The notes: a model not told the origin generated them from the letters alone. Shown: positions 1 through 12,842, numbered from the stretch's first letter. The stretch: 64,000 nucleotides of DNA from an uncultured Verrucomicrobiae bacterium (GCA_963813025.1 CAWEXO010000011.1:608001-672000); one strand, 5' to 3'. Made by a program: numbers and translations.

Positions 1-2840
<2,840 letters not shown>

Positions 2841-3014
2841 GGAGAAAAAACCCGCTGAGATTATCGTCTAAAACGGCAAAAGCAAGACAAAAAACATCTT
2901 TTTACATTAGATTTCGGTCGCCCATAAAGAACAATTTGCCTAATGTCGGTCGAAGCCAAACATGCGGCTCGCGGGAAATGGAGAGAAGGTTTTCCCGAAG
3001 CCTTCTATAGTGAC

Positions 3015-3594
3015 ATGAGAATTTTAGATGAGCAAGAGAAGGCGATCGTCCGCCAATTGATTCGCGATCCCCGCCAGTCGGATAACGCGGTGGGCGAGCG
3101 AACGGGGATAAACGTGCGAACAGTCAGCCGCAAACGGCTGCGGCTAGAACAGGAAGGAATACTGTCCTATTATCGCCAATGTCGATCTCTCCGCCGATGG
3201 CGCGCGCCAATTCATCGCGCGACATCTGTATATCATCAAGTTCCGCGTCGGCGTGACTTACAAGCAGCTGCTGGACGAGATGCGACAGGAATCGAATCAA
3301 CAACCGGTTTTCACTGAAAGTATTTACGAGAGTCACATGGCCGAGATCGACGGCAAGGTGGCGCTTCTTGTCTATGTCGATGGTGACAGCGATCTGGACA
3401 TCGTGCGCCGGGTTCACGAGGAGATTGTTCCGACGCTGTTTGAGAACCACGGAAACGATTCAATCGAAGAAATCTCGACGGTGCGATTGTTATCTCCCGT
3501 CCGCGTGATGCGGAATTATCTGCCACTCATTAATATGGCCGAAGGCTATCTCAAGCCCGAGTGGCCGTTGGAAGCCATCTACGTGGGGAAATAG
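3015..3594 (+). CDS. Lrp/AsnC-type HTH regulator, divergent from gltB (one frameshift near 3172)
   Basis: LDEQEKAIVRQLIRDPRQSDNAVGERTGINVRTVSRKRLRLEQEGIL matches the Lrp HTH pattern; C-terminal part is ORF 3253..3594. Confidence 0.75.
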
Positions 3595-3622
3595 CGCGGG
3601 CGGCCTCGTCCGTAGTCAGGCG

Positions 3623-4072
3623 TCAGGAGGAGCCGCGGGCTGCGGACGACTTGGTAGTCCGCTGTTCCAGGCTGGCTGCCGCGCTCTCCAACAGGGCGCG
3701 GATTTTCTGCCACTGCTGAGTGCCGATCGCCTCCAGGGCCTCTCTTTGGGCGACATGCCAATGCGGTAACGCCTGCGCTAACCGTTCGCGGCCGATCACT
3801 GTTAAATTTATCATTTTCTTGCGGCGGTCCTTGCTGGCCAGGCGCTGCACTAAACGTTGTACAAACAGCGGACGCAAATTTCGCGTTAAAGTCGTGCGGT
3901 CCATCCCCAGGAAGGCAGCCAGATCGCCAATGGAGAGGCTTCGGTTCAGTTCCACCACTGCCAGAATCGTCACCTGTTGCGACGCCAATCCGAGCTTGCC
4001 CAGGCCACGATCGTAGTGGCGAGTGATCTGTCGGGCGGCGCGACGCAAACCCAGGCAGACACATTCAGGCAT
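3623..4072 (-). CDS. MarR family transcriptional regulator
   Basis: CVCLGLRRAARQITRHYD...LGMDRTTLTRNLRPL...DRRKKMINLTVIG; ATG at 4072 overlaps the stop of the upstream gene. Confidence 0.9.
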   Translation of the reverse strand: MPECVCLGLRRAARQITRHYDRGLGKLGLASQQVTILAVVELNRSLSIGDLAAFLGMDRTTLTRNLRPLFVQRLVQRLASKDRRKKMINLTVIGRERLAQALPHWHVAQREALEAIGTQQWQKIRALLESAAASLEQRTTKSSAARGSS

Positions 4073-4838
4073 TTGGCGCAGGAGACCCAAATCCGGCCCG
4101 GCCGTCTTTGGCTCCTTGCGATTGTCTGGTGAGATAGAAGGAGAGTTGGGCGATGGAGAAGACATGAAAGACCAGCACCAGCGGTACCGCTAAGGTTGGG
4201 ATCAAGACGAGCGGGAAATGCGGGAGATAAAGGCGGCTCGAGATAGGGTCCGGTCCGAAGACCAGCCGATCCAATCCCGCAAAAAAACCGATGCCGGTTC
4301 CCACGGCGATTACCAGATCAAGGATACCAAGTGCGTTCCAGGCCAAGCCCAGCCGTATCGCGCCGGCATTCGGACGTTGGAGAGCGTAGGCTGTTGGGAT
4401 GGCGGCGAGACCGACCAGCACATCGCCCCAGCCTGCCGGTAGCGCAAAAGAGGGGGGCAACTGGTGTCGGGCAAGAGCCAGCAGGAACACGCCCCCAAGG
4501 ACGCGCGTGACCTGAGCCGCCACGAGCGCATTCGGTGGAGTATCGCGCAAAATTTGCCGAACGGCTGGGAACATGAGGAGCCCGACAGCGGCAACGGGAG
4601 GCCACAAGAGGAGAAGGAGGAACCCTGGAGAGATCCCAGAAGGATGAGGGCTGAGCGACCGCAAGAGGGCGTACGCGAAATTACCGCCGATGAGGCCGGC
4701 AAAGGCAATGAAGAAAATGAATCTGTTTCTGCCGGAGATCGCGAGTTGATCGAGCGCGGCAGCGAACAGGAAGGAGGAGAGGGCGACGAGCGCGACACAA
4801 CCGGCAACGACAAGGAAACTGAGATCGAGTGAAGCCAT
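4065..4838 (-). CDS. Multi-pass membrane protein, coupled to the MarR gene
   Basis: 257 aa with many hydrophobic segments; LPPSFALPAGWGD and WNALGILDL motifs. Confidence 0.8.
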   Translation of the reverse strand: MASLDLSFLVVAGCVALVALSSFLFAAALDQLAISGRNRFIFFIAFAGLIGGNFAYALLRSLSPHPSGISPGFLLLLLWPPVAAVGLLMFPAVRQILRDTPPNALVAAQVTRVLGGVFLLALARHQLPPSFALPAGWGDVLVGLAAIPTAYALQRPNAGAIRLGLAWNALGILDLVIAVGTGIGFFAGLDRLVFGPDPISSRLYLPHFPLVLIPTLAVPLVLVFHVFSIAQLSFYLTRQSQGAKDGRAGFGSPAPNA

Positions 4839-4884
4839 ATACGTGTATATGCACGTATATTAGGGCGGAACGTTTTATCGTCAA
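4837..4884 (-). promoter_or_regulatory. Sigma70-like promoter with an overlapping 24-bp palindromic operator (probable MarR site)
   Basis: Minus strand TTGACG-N16-TAATAT; ATATACGTGTATATGCACGTATAT at 4837-4860 is self-complementary except one pair. Confidence 0.65.
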
Positions 4885-4964
4885 GTAATTTGCCAAACCG
4901 TCTTGGCTTCGACCCTGTTCCGCCGCGGCTTCCAGCCGTACGCGGACTCCCGAACTCCGAGCTT

Positions 4965-6059
4965 CTAGGCTTCCTCGCGAATTCCTTCTCCGCTCGGATA
5001 ACTGCCCAGCACTTTTACAAACGTACAATGTTTCTCGAGCTCATGAATCGCTTCGCGAACCAGCTGATCGTCGCAATGGCCTTCGATGTCGACAAAGAAA
5101 AAGTACTCCCAATTCTTTCTTTTCGAGGGCCGGCTCTCGATTTTGCTCATGCTGAGCTTGAGACTATTAAAGGGCTCGAGCGCGGCGTAAAGAGCACCAA
5201 CTCTGTCATGAACGCAGAACATCAGAGAGGTCTTGTCGTTTCCCGTCGGGGGGCAGGTCGTGTGCGAAATGACGAGAAACCGGGTCGTGTTGTTCGGGCT
5301 ATCCTGCACTGAGCGCTCAAGCACCTGCAGTCCATAGACTTCGGCCGCCATTTCTCCGGCCAGGGCTGCCGAATCAGACTCGCGAGCCGCGATTTCGGCT
5401 GCCCGCGTAGTGCTGGAGACCTCAATCTGTTCGAGGTCGCGGGCATTCTTTTGCAACCACTTCCGGCACTGGCCCAGAACCTGCGGGTGCGAATAGATTC
5501 GGCGGATCGCGTTGCGCGGACTCTTGGAGAGGAGGTGGTTTTCGATGCGAAGCAAGATCTGCGCGCAGATCTTCAGCTCCGAATCCGTAAACACGTCCAG
5601 CGTATAATTCACGGCGCCTTCAACCGAGTTTTCAATCGGAACAACCCCATAATCCGCGAGATGCCGCGTTACTTGATCAAACACGTCGCCAATATTCGGT
5701 TGGGGAGCGTAGCGGACTGAACCGCCGAACTTCGCGCGTGCCGCTTGGTGCGACCAAGTCGCTTCCGGTCCCAGATAAGAGATCGTCAGGCCTTTTTCCA
5801 GAGCGTATGATGCCGAAATAATCTCCCGGAAAATCGCGCGAATGGCGAGCGGAGGGAGACGTCCTTTGCTGCGCTTGAGCAAGGTTTGAAAAAGAGCTTC
5901 CTCGCGCTCCGGCGCAAAGATGGAGAGGCCGGACTGTTTTTTCAGCAACCCAACTTCGTGAACCAGGTCGGCGCGTTGATTCAAGAGTCGAAGCAAGTGA
6001 CTATCAACCTCGTCAATCTGTTTGCGGATCTCCGTCAAGGATATTTTTGCTCGCTCCAC
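4965..6059 (-). CDS. pheA: Bifunctional chorismate mutase/prephenate dehydratase
   Basis: IRKQIDEVD CM domain, YLGPEATWSH, GVVPIENSVEG, NTTRFLVI, ACT domain KIESRPS; GTG start after GGAGG. Confidence 0.95.
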   Translation of the reverse strand: MERAKISLTEIRKQIDEVDSHLLRLLNQRADLVHEVGLLKKQSGLSIFAPEREEALFQTLLKRSKGRLPPLAIRAIFREIISASYALEKGLTISYLGPEATWSHQAARAKFGGSVRYAPQPNIGDVFDQVTRHLADYGVVPIENSVEGAVNYTLDVFTDSELKICAQILLRIENHLLSKSPRNAIRRIYSHPQVLGQCRKWLQKNARDLEQIEVSSTTRAAEIAARESDSAALAGEMAAEVYGLQVLERSVQDSPNNTTRFLVISHTTCPPTGNDKTSLMFCVHDRVGALYAALEPFNSLKLSMSKIESRPSKRKNWEYFFFVDIEGHCDDQLVREAIHELEKHCTFVKVLGSYPSGEGIREEA

Positions 6060-6750
6060 TTTCTTCCTCCGATGAATGTCCCGACAAACCGGCTGGGTCA
6101 ACAGTTGTTCTGGCTGCTGGCTGTGATTGGATCAGCTCCGGTGTGTTGTGTTTTGCACCAGCATTGACGGTTCCGGCTGTTTTTGCGACGAGTTCCGAAA
6201 TTTGACGGAGCTCATGAGCGTTGGGCAAGTCCTGCAGTGAGTTCAGACCAAAATGCTCGAGGAAATGGTGTGTAGTTTCGTAAAGGAGGGGACGCCCGGG
6301 GATCTCAGCGCGTCCAGCTATTTTGCTCAAGCCTGCATCCAAAAGCTTCTGTAAGACCCCGTCGACGCTGACTCCGCGAATCGCCTCGATGTCGGCCTTG
6401 GTGATTGGCTGGCGATACGCGATGATCGCGAGAGTCTCCAGAGCGGGCGGGCTGAGGCGGTTCGGGCGCAGATCAGGATAGAGCTGCCGAATCCAGACGG
6501 CGTATTCCGCTCGCGAGGTAAGCTGCCAGCCCCCCGCGCGCTGAACCAACTGAAAAGCGTGCCCGTCCTTTTCGTACTGTTCGGCCAAGCCCTGAAGCGC
6601 TTGTCCGACAGTGTCTTCATTTACCGTGGATACCGGCGGATTCTCGGCGCATTCCGCCGCGCCACGGATAGCTTGTTCGATCTGCTGCTCGGTAAGAGGT
6701 CCGGAAGCGCTGAACAGGAGCGCCTCGATAATGCAGTTCAGTGTGACCAT
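6013..6750 (-). CDS. scpB: SMC-Scp complex subunit ScpB
   Basis: IIEALLF, LSPPALETLAIIAYRQPITKADIEAIRGV, PGRPLLYETT, FLEHFGLNSLQDLP. Confidence 0.95.
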   Translation of the reverse strand: MVTLNCIIEALLFSASGPLTEQQIEQAIRGAAECAENPPVSTVNEDTVGQALQGLAEQYEKDGHAFQLVQRAGGWQLTSRAEYAVWIRQLYPDLRPNRLSPPALETLAIIAYRQPITKADIEAIRGVSVDGVLQKLLDAGLSKIAGRAEIPGRPLLYETTHHFLEHFGLNSLQDLPNAHELRQISELVAKTAGTVNAGAKHNTPELIQSQPAARTTVDPAGLSGHSSEEESGASKNILDGDPQTD

Positions 6751-6772
6751 GGACGATGATTCGGGGAATCTG

Positions 6773-6806
6773 AGGAAGTTCAAGGAAGTTCGAGGAAGTT
6801 CAAGGA
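6773..6806. repeat. 10-bp tandem repeat AGGAAGTTCR x3
   Basis: aggaagttca aggaagttcg aggaagttca agga; same unit at 41353-41372 and 47469-47492. Confidence 0.85.
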
Positions 6807-6948
6807 TCCAGGATTGCCTCGGCGCGGTCCAGTTCTTCTTCTACAGCATAAAAAGCATCGTCTCCATTCAACCCGGAGACGGCAGAATGGCTACCCCTGC
6901 GCCGCATCATCGCCTTTTTTGGTCTTTTTTACTTCGGGCCTAGTTGTG

Positions 6949-7701
6949 TCAGGTCGCCAGAAATCCGCCGTCGATCCGCAAGGCGAGAGCGTTCAGCATG
7001 GACGCACCGTCGCTCAGGAGGAAACAGACGACGGACGCCACCTCCGAGCATTCCGCAAACCGCCGCAAAGGAATGCGAGCGAGCATGGGTCCTCCCTTAT
7101 CGGGATCGGTCCAGGCGCGTTTGCCCATTTCTGTCAGAACCACTGTGGGATTCACGGAGTTGACCCTTATACCATACTCGCCAAGCTCGACCGCCATGAC
7201 CTTGGTGAGCTGGTCCAGACCCGCTTTGGAAGCGCAATACGTGGCGTGATCTCGCAGCGCCTGAAAAGCCGCCATGCTCGAGACGTTGACAATTGAGCCG
7301 GCCACCTTGCGTGCAATCATGCCGCGAGCGACAACCTGAGAGAGAAGCAAGATGGAACGCAGATTCACCGCCATCGTGCGGTTAAAATTCTCCTCGGTTG
7401 TATCGAGGAACGACTGCAGAATCGCGATTCCCGCGTTGTTGACGAGCAGGTCGATCTCGCCGGCTTGCTGCGCCGCCCGCCGGATCTGACCCGAGTCCTC
7501 AAGGTCGGCAACGATGGTTTCGCACTTGATCTGGTCTTGTAAACTATCCAGGTCGGAGCGGGTTCGACTGAGCCCGACGACTTGGGCATTGGACCGGGCC
7601 AGCATGACGGCTATTTCTCGCCCGATGCCTTTGCCGGCGCCGGTGACGAGGGCACGGCGCCCCTTAAAATCGAGCTGCTCGGTAATGGGAGGAAAATTCA
7701 T
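6949..7701 (-). CDS. SDR oxidoreductase, L-xylulose reductase (DCXR)-like
   Basis: TGAGKGIG, NNAG, NVSS, YCASK and DCXR-type VNPTVVLTEMG. Confidence 0.85.
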   Translation of the reverse strand: MNFPPITEQLDFKGRRALVTGAGKGIGREIAVMLARSNAQVVGLSRTRSDLDSLQDQIKCETIVADLEDSGQIRRAAQQAGEIDLLVNNAGIAILQSFLDTTEENFNRTMAVNLRSILLLSQVVARGMIARKVAGSIVNVSSMAAFQALRDHATYCASKAGLDQLTKVMAVELGEYGIRVNSVNPTVVLTEMGKRAWTDPDKGGPMLARIPLRRFAECSEVASVVCFLLSDGASMLNALALRIDGGFLAT

Positions 7702-7805
7702 ACGAGACTAGCATGAGATATGGCACGACGACCAGCATCGCGCAAAACGCTGACTTCGCAGCCGCTGGACCTTACGCGTAGCTCATGAAATGTTCGGGGA
7801 AGCAC

Positions 7806-8762
7806 ATGGCAATGCTTCCCCGAAAAAAGACGAGCGCCGTTGCGGTACGGTCGGGCAGCCTGGAATTTGTCAAGATCAATACTGCGCGATACGACTTCCG
7901 AGACCTTTATCACCTGGTATTGACATTATCCTGGCCGGCGTTTTCGGCGGTGGTCTTTATTGTCTATCTCCTGCTTAACTTTATTTTTGCCGGCCTTTAT
8001 TTAGTCGGCGGGAACGCGATCGCTGAGCTCCCGCCCGGATCCTTTCTCGAAGCATTTTTCTTCAGTGTTGAAACCCTGGCGACCGTCGGATACGGGCATA
8101 TGTACCCGGTTACTCTGTACGGCCACTGCATCGCGACCCTCGAGATTATCATCGGTATGTTTGGTCTGGCGGTGATTACCGGCCTCATCTTTGTCCGTTT
8201 TTCCCGCCCGACCGCCCGGATCCTCTTCAGCGAATCCGCCGTGATCACGCTCTTCGACGGGGTTCCGACTCTAATGCTGCGCGTTGCAAATCTCCGGCAT
8301 CAAGCGATGGCCGAAGCAGATTTTCGGATCATGCTGCTCCGGAACGAGCCGATCCGAGAGGGCGATTTCTTCCGGAAATTCTATCCTTTGAAGCTGTCTT
8401 TCGATCACCTGATCATGTTCCCGGTCGCTCTCACCCTGCGACACCCGATTGACGAGAGCAGCCCGTTGTTTGGGATGGGACCGGAAGATCTGGAACGCAC
8501 CGATGTGCGGATTTTGGCTTCAATCGTTTGCGTCGATACCGTCATCCAGGCCCCGGTCCAAAGCCAGGCCGACTACGGCTGGCAGAAAATCCTTTGGAAT
8601 AAACGCTTTGTCGAAATCTATACCGAGGGGGCGGACGGTAGGTACACGGTCGATTATGGCCGAATTCATGAGGTTGAGCCGGTGCCTCCGAGCGATGTTA
8701 TACCGGGGATTAATTTGTCCATCGACGCGGACAAGTCCTTTGAGCCGATCCCATCTGAGTGA
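7806..8762 (+). CDS. Inward-rectifier K+ channel (KirBac family)
   Basis: DLYHLVLTLSW slide helix, AFFFSVETLATVGYG pore, RFSRPTARILFS, LMLRVANLR, HPIDESSPLFG. Confidence 0.92.
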   Translation: MAMLPRKKTSAVAVRSGSLEFVKINTARYDFRDLYHLVLTLSWPAFSAVVFIVYLLLNFIFAGLYLVGGNAIAELPPGSFLEAFFFSVETLATVGYGHMYPVTLYGHCIATLEIIIGMFGLAVITGLIFVRFSRPTARILFSESAVITLFDGVPTLMLRVANLRHQAMAEADFRIMLLRNEPIREGDFFRKFYPLKLSFDHLIMFPVALTLRHPIDESSPLFGMGPEDLERTDVRILASIVCVDTVIQAPVQSQADYGWQKILWNKRFVEIYTEGADGRYTVDYGRIHEVEPVPPSDVIPGINLSIDADKSFEPIPSE

Positions 8763-8787
8763 TCCCGGCCCAGAGGCCGGATGAAAC

Positions 8788-9690
8788 TTACAGCGATCCG
8801 CGCATGGCCGCGAGGTTTCGTTTCATCTCCGCAACACGGCCGTTATGCTGTTCGCCGCGTCGAATGACCACGCAGGTTGCCAAGACATCAATCAGGGTGA
8901 GCGTCGCTAACCTCGATGTTGTTGGCGTGTATATATCGGTATTTTCGAGCGTTTCAACCAACAGGACAACGGTGCAATGATCCATCAATGGGCTTTTCTT
9001 TCCGGTAATACCTAAAACCGATGCACCATTCTTCGCCGCCGTCTTTGCGGCCTCGATCACCCCTCGGGTTCGACCTGTATTTGAGATGGCAACAACGACA
9101 TCTCCACGAGCCACCATCGAAGCGGCGATAAACTGCTGATGAGAGTCGCAATGGGCCATGCAGGGAACACCGAAGAGAGGAAATTTTTGTTGGGCATCCA
9201 GCGCGGCAATCCCGGAAGCACCAAACCCGAAAAACTCGATTCGGTTAGCGCCCACGAGCAACTGAACCGCACGTTCGAGTGCTCGCAGATCGAGCTGTTT
9301 TCGAGCCCAATCGAGACTGTTCATACTGTAATCAAAGATCTTCTCAGCGACATCGCTGACGGAATCACCCGGCAGGATTACCGAATGCGTAGCCGGCATC
9401 CCAAGAGCGACGCTTTGGGCAAGGCGCACCTTGAATTCTTGAAAACCACCAAAACCCAGTGCCTCGCAGAACCGGATCACGGTAGGTTCGCTTACACCGG
9501 CGCGGGTCGCGGTCTGATCGACTGTCCCATTGAGAACAAAGTCCGGCGCGGCGAGCGTCAGTTCCGCCACTTTCCGGTCAGAAGGCCGCAGGGCGGACAG
9601 GCAGGTCGAGATGGTCTCAAGCAAGTTGCGATTGAGATCGATTGGAATTGGTGGTCGCGGAGGTCTAGGCACCGGGGATGCTTTCAACAA
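8788..9690 (-). CDS. RpiR/HexR family regulator (HTH + SIS)
   Basis: AGVSEPTVIRFC, GFQEFKVRLAQ, FGFGASG, ENTDIYTPTTSRLA. Confidence 0.9.
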   Translation of the reverse strand: MLKASPVPRPPRPPIPIDLNRNLLETISTCLSALRPSDRKVAELTLAAPDFVLNGTVDQTATRAGVSEPTVIRFCEALGFGGFQEFKVRLAQSVALGMPATHSVILPGDSVSDVAEKIFDYSMNSLDWARKQLDLRALERAVQLLVGANRIEFFGFGASGIAALDAQQKFPLFGVPCMAHCDSHQQFIAASMVARGDVVVAISNTGRTRGVIEAAKTAAKNGASVLGITGKKSPLMDHCTVVLLVETLENTDIYTPTTSRLATLTLIDVLATCVVIRRGEQHNGRVAEMKRNLAAMRGSL

Positions 9691-9710
9691 GTCACTAACA
9701 TTTTCATCAT

Positions 9711-10649
9711 TTAATGACTGGCCTGCGTGGCGATCTCGGAAAGCCTGGCAAAACTGTCGGGATCAATCTCGATCTTGAATACATCGCCTATCACGCAGGT
9801 CCATCCATGGATGAAATAGTCCCAACCATCGTAGATGCTCAGCTCTTTAGCCGTTTGCTGAGCTCGAGCTTGCTTTAAAAAATCGAGTTCGCCGCGATAG
9901 TTCAGCTCCCAGACGATCGCCCGGTCAGGGAATTCGGCGCTGTCGCGAATGGGTGAGCCTGGCCGGTCTTTGCCCAATCCGGTCGCGTTGATAACCAATG
10001 AACCGGGTCGCAAACGACCGAGCAAACGGTCGCTCTCGTCCGGGTTGCTGACCAATCGAGTCTCCAATCGATCAGACTGCACCAGCTTCGTAAGGTGCGT
10101 TAAGCGACTCAACGAAATATCCGAGACATAGACATGATCCGGGCGCCCAAGCCGATGCTCACCATAAAGCAGGAACCAAAGGATAGCGACGCCGGCCCCT
10201 CCCGCCCCAAAGCAAAGCACATCTGCTGTGCCACGATCCCAGTAACCCTCGGGGAGCATCTGGACCAGGGTCCGACCGGCCGAGATCGGATCTTTCGCCT
10301 GCGCAACCAAACGGTTCTCCCGTTTGGAGATAGAGCTAACTTCTTGCATTAATTCGGCAAACCGGTCTCGCTCGTCAAACAGGTCGGAGCACGCCTGAAA
10401 AAGATCGATCTTGTGGGTAGTAACTAAGGCGCCATACGACAGCAGATCCTGCCGGATGAAACAGATAACATCCCGGTACTTTTTCGCATCGGCATGAAGC
10501 GGCAAATCGATCCCTCGAAGCTGAGCATCGCGCAATCCCAGTTCTTTTGCCCACTCCGGAAATACTTTGCGAATCGATGAATACCGCGTCGATACCCCTA
10601 TAAAATACATGGTCGGGGCCTCCGCCCGGGCCAGACGGGTTGCATCCAT
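9711..10649 (-). CDS. Shikimate-dehydrogenase-like NAD(P)-dependent oxidoreductase, substrate unknown
   Basis: GALVTTHK, GAGGAG, VINATGLG, WELNY, DGWDYFIHG are divergent versions of AroE motifs. Confidence 0.75.
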   Translation of the reverse strand: MDATRLARAEAPTMYFIGVSTRYSSIRKVFPEWAKELGLRDAQLRGIDLPLHADAKKYRDVICFIRQDLLSYGALVTTHKIDLFQACSDLFDERDRFAELMQEVSSISKRENRLVAQAKDPISAGRTLVQMLPEGYWDRGTADVLCFGAGGAGVAILWFLLYGEHRLGRPDHVYVSDISLSRLTHLTKLVQSDRLETRLVSNPDESDRLLGRLRPGSLVINATGLGKDRPGSPIRDSAEFPDRAIVWELNYRGELDFLKQARAQQTAKELSIYDGWDYFIHGWTCVIGDVFKIEIDPDSFARLSEIATQASH

Positions 10650-10898
10650 ATGGATTCAGGTTTCGGCCGCCCTGCGAACGTCGGCTGCGACAGATTCCCG
10701 AATCGCGCTCCGGTTCTGATCGCGAATCCATTGCTGCCTGCCAGAGAGCCGAGAGATTGCGAGCGCTATCGCAGCGGGTTCCTTCAGGCAGCGCCGCAGC
10801 TTGCTCACATTCCTCGTAAAGACAAAGCGGGTCATAGCGAATCGCCACAAAAACGTCTGGACGCCGTGATAAAAGACAGCCAATTATTTCACTGTTAG

Positions 10899-10913
10899 CG
10901 TAGCAATACAACA
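10899..10913. promoter_or_regulatory. HexR-like operator 1 (CGTAGCAATACAACA)
   Basis: One of four related 15-mers in this cluster. Confidence 0.6.
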
Positions 10914-11041
10914 AAAACAATTCAACGCACTGAACGGTACGCTCGAAAAAGATGTTTCGGTTTCGGCGCGCCTTGCCAAAGCCCGCTCGCATTGATGCGC
11001 ATAACTTGAAGAAACTGACGACCGTGAAAACACCTTTTCCC

Positions 11042-11056
11042 AGGAGCAATACTACG
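11042..11056. promoter_or_regulatory. HexR-like operator 2 (AGGAGCAATACTACG)
   Basis: One of four related 15-mers in this cluster. Confidence 0.55.
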
Positions 11057-11263
11057 TGCTTAGGCTAGTCCCGATTTTTAGCGCCTGCTGCCGCGAGCAA
11101 CCGGAGCGGCGTAGTCCGTTGATGCACAATACGACATGCTCAAACGGATCGCCGATGCCGGCCCGATGCAGACCGGGTCCCGGGCGGGATCGAGCAGCGG
11201 GTGGGCCCGTTGATTTGCGCGCCCAAAAGCCGATTTTCTAGCGCGTACCAATGCCTCCAAATT

Positions 11264-12778
11264 ATGGCCTCTAATTCCAAGGATCTACTCCTGGCTGTCG
11301 ATGTCGGTACTGGCAGCATACGCGCGGCCCTGGTTAACGGTGTCGGCCAGATCGTCGCATTCGCCGGATCCGAACACGATCAGATCGTTCCAAGTTTTGG
11401 CTGGGCTGAACAGCGTCCGTCCGACTGGTGGAGAGGGGTGGTTGGTTGTATCCGATCAGTTCTAAACCAGACTGATAATTCTGCCGGGCGGGTCGCCGCA
11501 GTTTGCTGCTGCGGACAGATGCATGGAACCGTATTGCTCGGTGCGGATGGCTTACCGGTGGTCGATTATGCTCCACTCTGGAACGATAAACGTACGAAAG
11601 ACGTACTCGAATCGTTTGCCGAGCAACACGATCCGCAGCACCTGCTTCCGCTAACCGGCAATCCACCGGCCACGGCTTGGCCAGCTTTCAAGCTCCTCTG
11701 GTTCAAACAAAACCGCCCCGACGTGTATTCCAAAGCGGTACGCATGCTGATCGCCAAGGATTACATCAACTACCGCTTAACTGGTGAACAAGCGATTGAC
11801 CATCCGGAGGCGTCCACCACTTACCTTTACGATGTTGGCACTCGGACGTGGAGCGAAGAGCTAGCTCAGCTCTTCGGGATCAATCCCGGGCTTCTGCCGG
11901 CGATCCGGGCACCTACCGATCTTGTCGGTGCAATTTCAAAACAAACGGCTACGGAAACCGGCTTGTGTGCGGGAACACCGGTTGCAGTCGGCGCCGGCGA
12001 CTTTCCAGTGACGCTGCTCGGATCGGGGGTTAGCCGGATCGGCATCGGTTCGGACTCCACGGGCACTTCGACCTTGTTATCTCTTCAGACCTGCGAAGCG
12101 GTACTCCATCCCATCATCAGCAATGTCTTGGGGATCGACGAAGGCTGGGCGGCGTTCACGATTCTGGACGCTGGCGGCGACGCGATGCGTTGGGCGCGCC
12201 GCGCCTTTCACGACAACCAGGTGAGTTATGATCAGGTGGTCAAGCTAGCACAGAGCGCCCCTGCTGGTTCGGGCGGCTTAATCTTTCTTCCCTATTTGAA
12301 CGGTGAACGTCTTGGTTCGAGGACCAACGCCCGGGCACAGTTCTTCGGGCTAACTTACGCGCACGGCAGCGGCCATCTGCATCGGGCGGTAATGGAAGGA
12401 GTGGCTTTCGCCTCACGCCGCAACCTCCACATCATGGCGAAGAGCGGTAATCGAATCGATTACCTTATAGCGAGTGGCGGAGGAGCAAAGACGCAACTCT
12501 GGCTCGAGATCAAGGCGAGCATTTACCAGACGCCGATTCGTACGACCAGGCATCAGGAATCGAGCATGCTTGGTTGTGCCATGATCGCCGGCACTGCGGT
12601 GGGAGTGTTTAAGTCCCTGCGTGACGCCACCAATCAGCTCGTTCATCTTGACGCGAGTATCGAACCAAATGCCGATTGGGTTCCACGATACGAACACCTA
12701 GGACGGTTGTTTGATCGGATCTATGACGACGCAGCACCATATTATCTGGCGCTGGACGAGTATGGTAGACAGGAGTAG
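11264..12778 (+). CDS. FGGY family carbohydrate kinase (xylulokinase-like)
   Basis: AVDVGTGSIRA, GWAEQRP, CGQMHG, LWNDKR, FLPYLNGER, RAVMEGVAF, SGGGAK. Confidence 0.92.
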   Translation: MASNSKDLLLAVDVGTGSIRAALVNGVGQIVAFAGSEHDQIVPSFGWAEQRPSDWWRGVVGCIRSVLNQTDNSAGRVAAVCCCGQMHGTVLLGADGLPVVDYAPLWNDKRTKDVLESFAEQHDPQHLLPLTGNPPATAWPAFKLLWFKQNRPDVYSKAVRMLIAKDYINYRLTGEQAIDHPEASTTYLYDVGTRTWSEELAQLFGINPGLLPAIRAPTDLVGAISKQTATETGLCAGTPVAVGAGDFPVTLLGSGVSRIGIGSDSTGTSTLLSLQTCEAVLHPIISNVLGIDEGWAAFTILDAGGDAMRWARRAFHDNQVSYDQVVKLAQSAPAGSGGLIFLPYLNGERLGSRTNARAQFFGLTYAHGSGHLHRAVMEGVAFASRRNLHIMAKSGNRIDYLIASGGGAKTQLWLEIKASIYQTPIRTTRHQESSMLGCAMIAGTAVGVFKSLRDATNQLVHLDASIEPNADWVPRYEHLGRLFDRIYDDAAPYYLALDEYGRQE

Positions 12779-12842
12779 GACAAGCCCGTGCTCGAAAATC
12801 GAGCAAAAATGATGAAGAATATTTTGAATTCTGATTTCATGA

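Noticed and set aside
10650..11260. Short ORFs between the dehydrogenase and kinase genes
   Set aside because: No recognisable motifs; the region is better explained as a divergent promoter with operators
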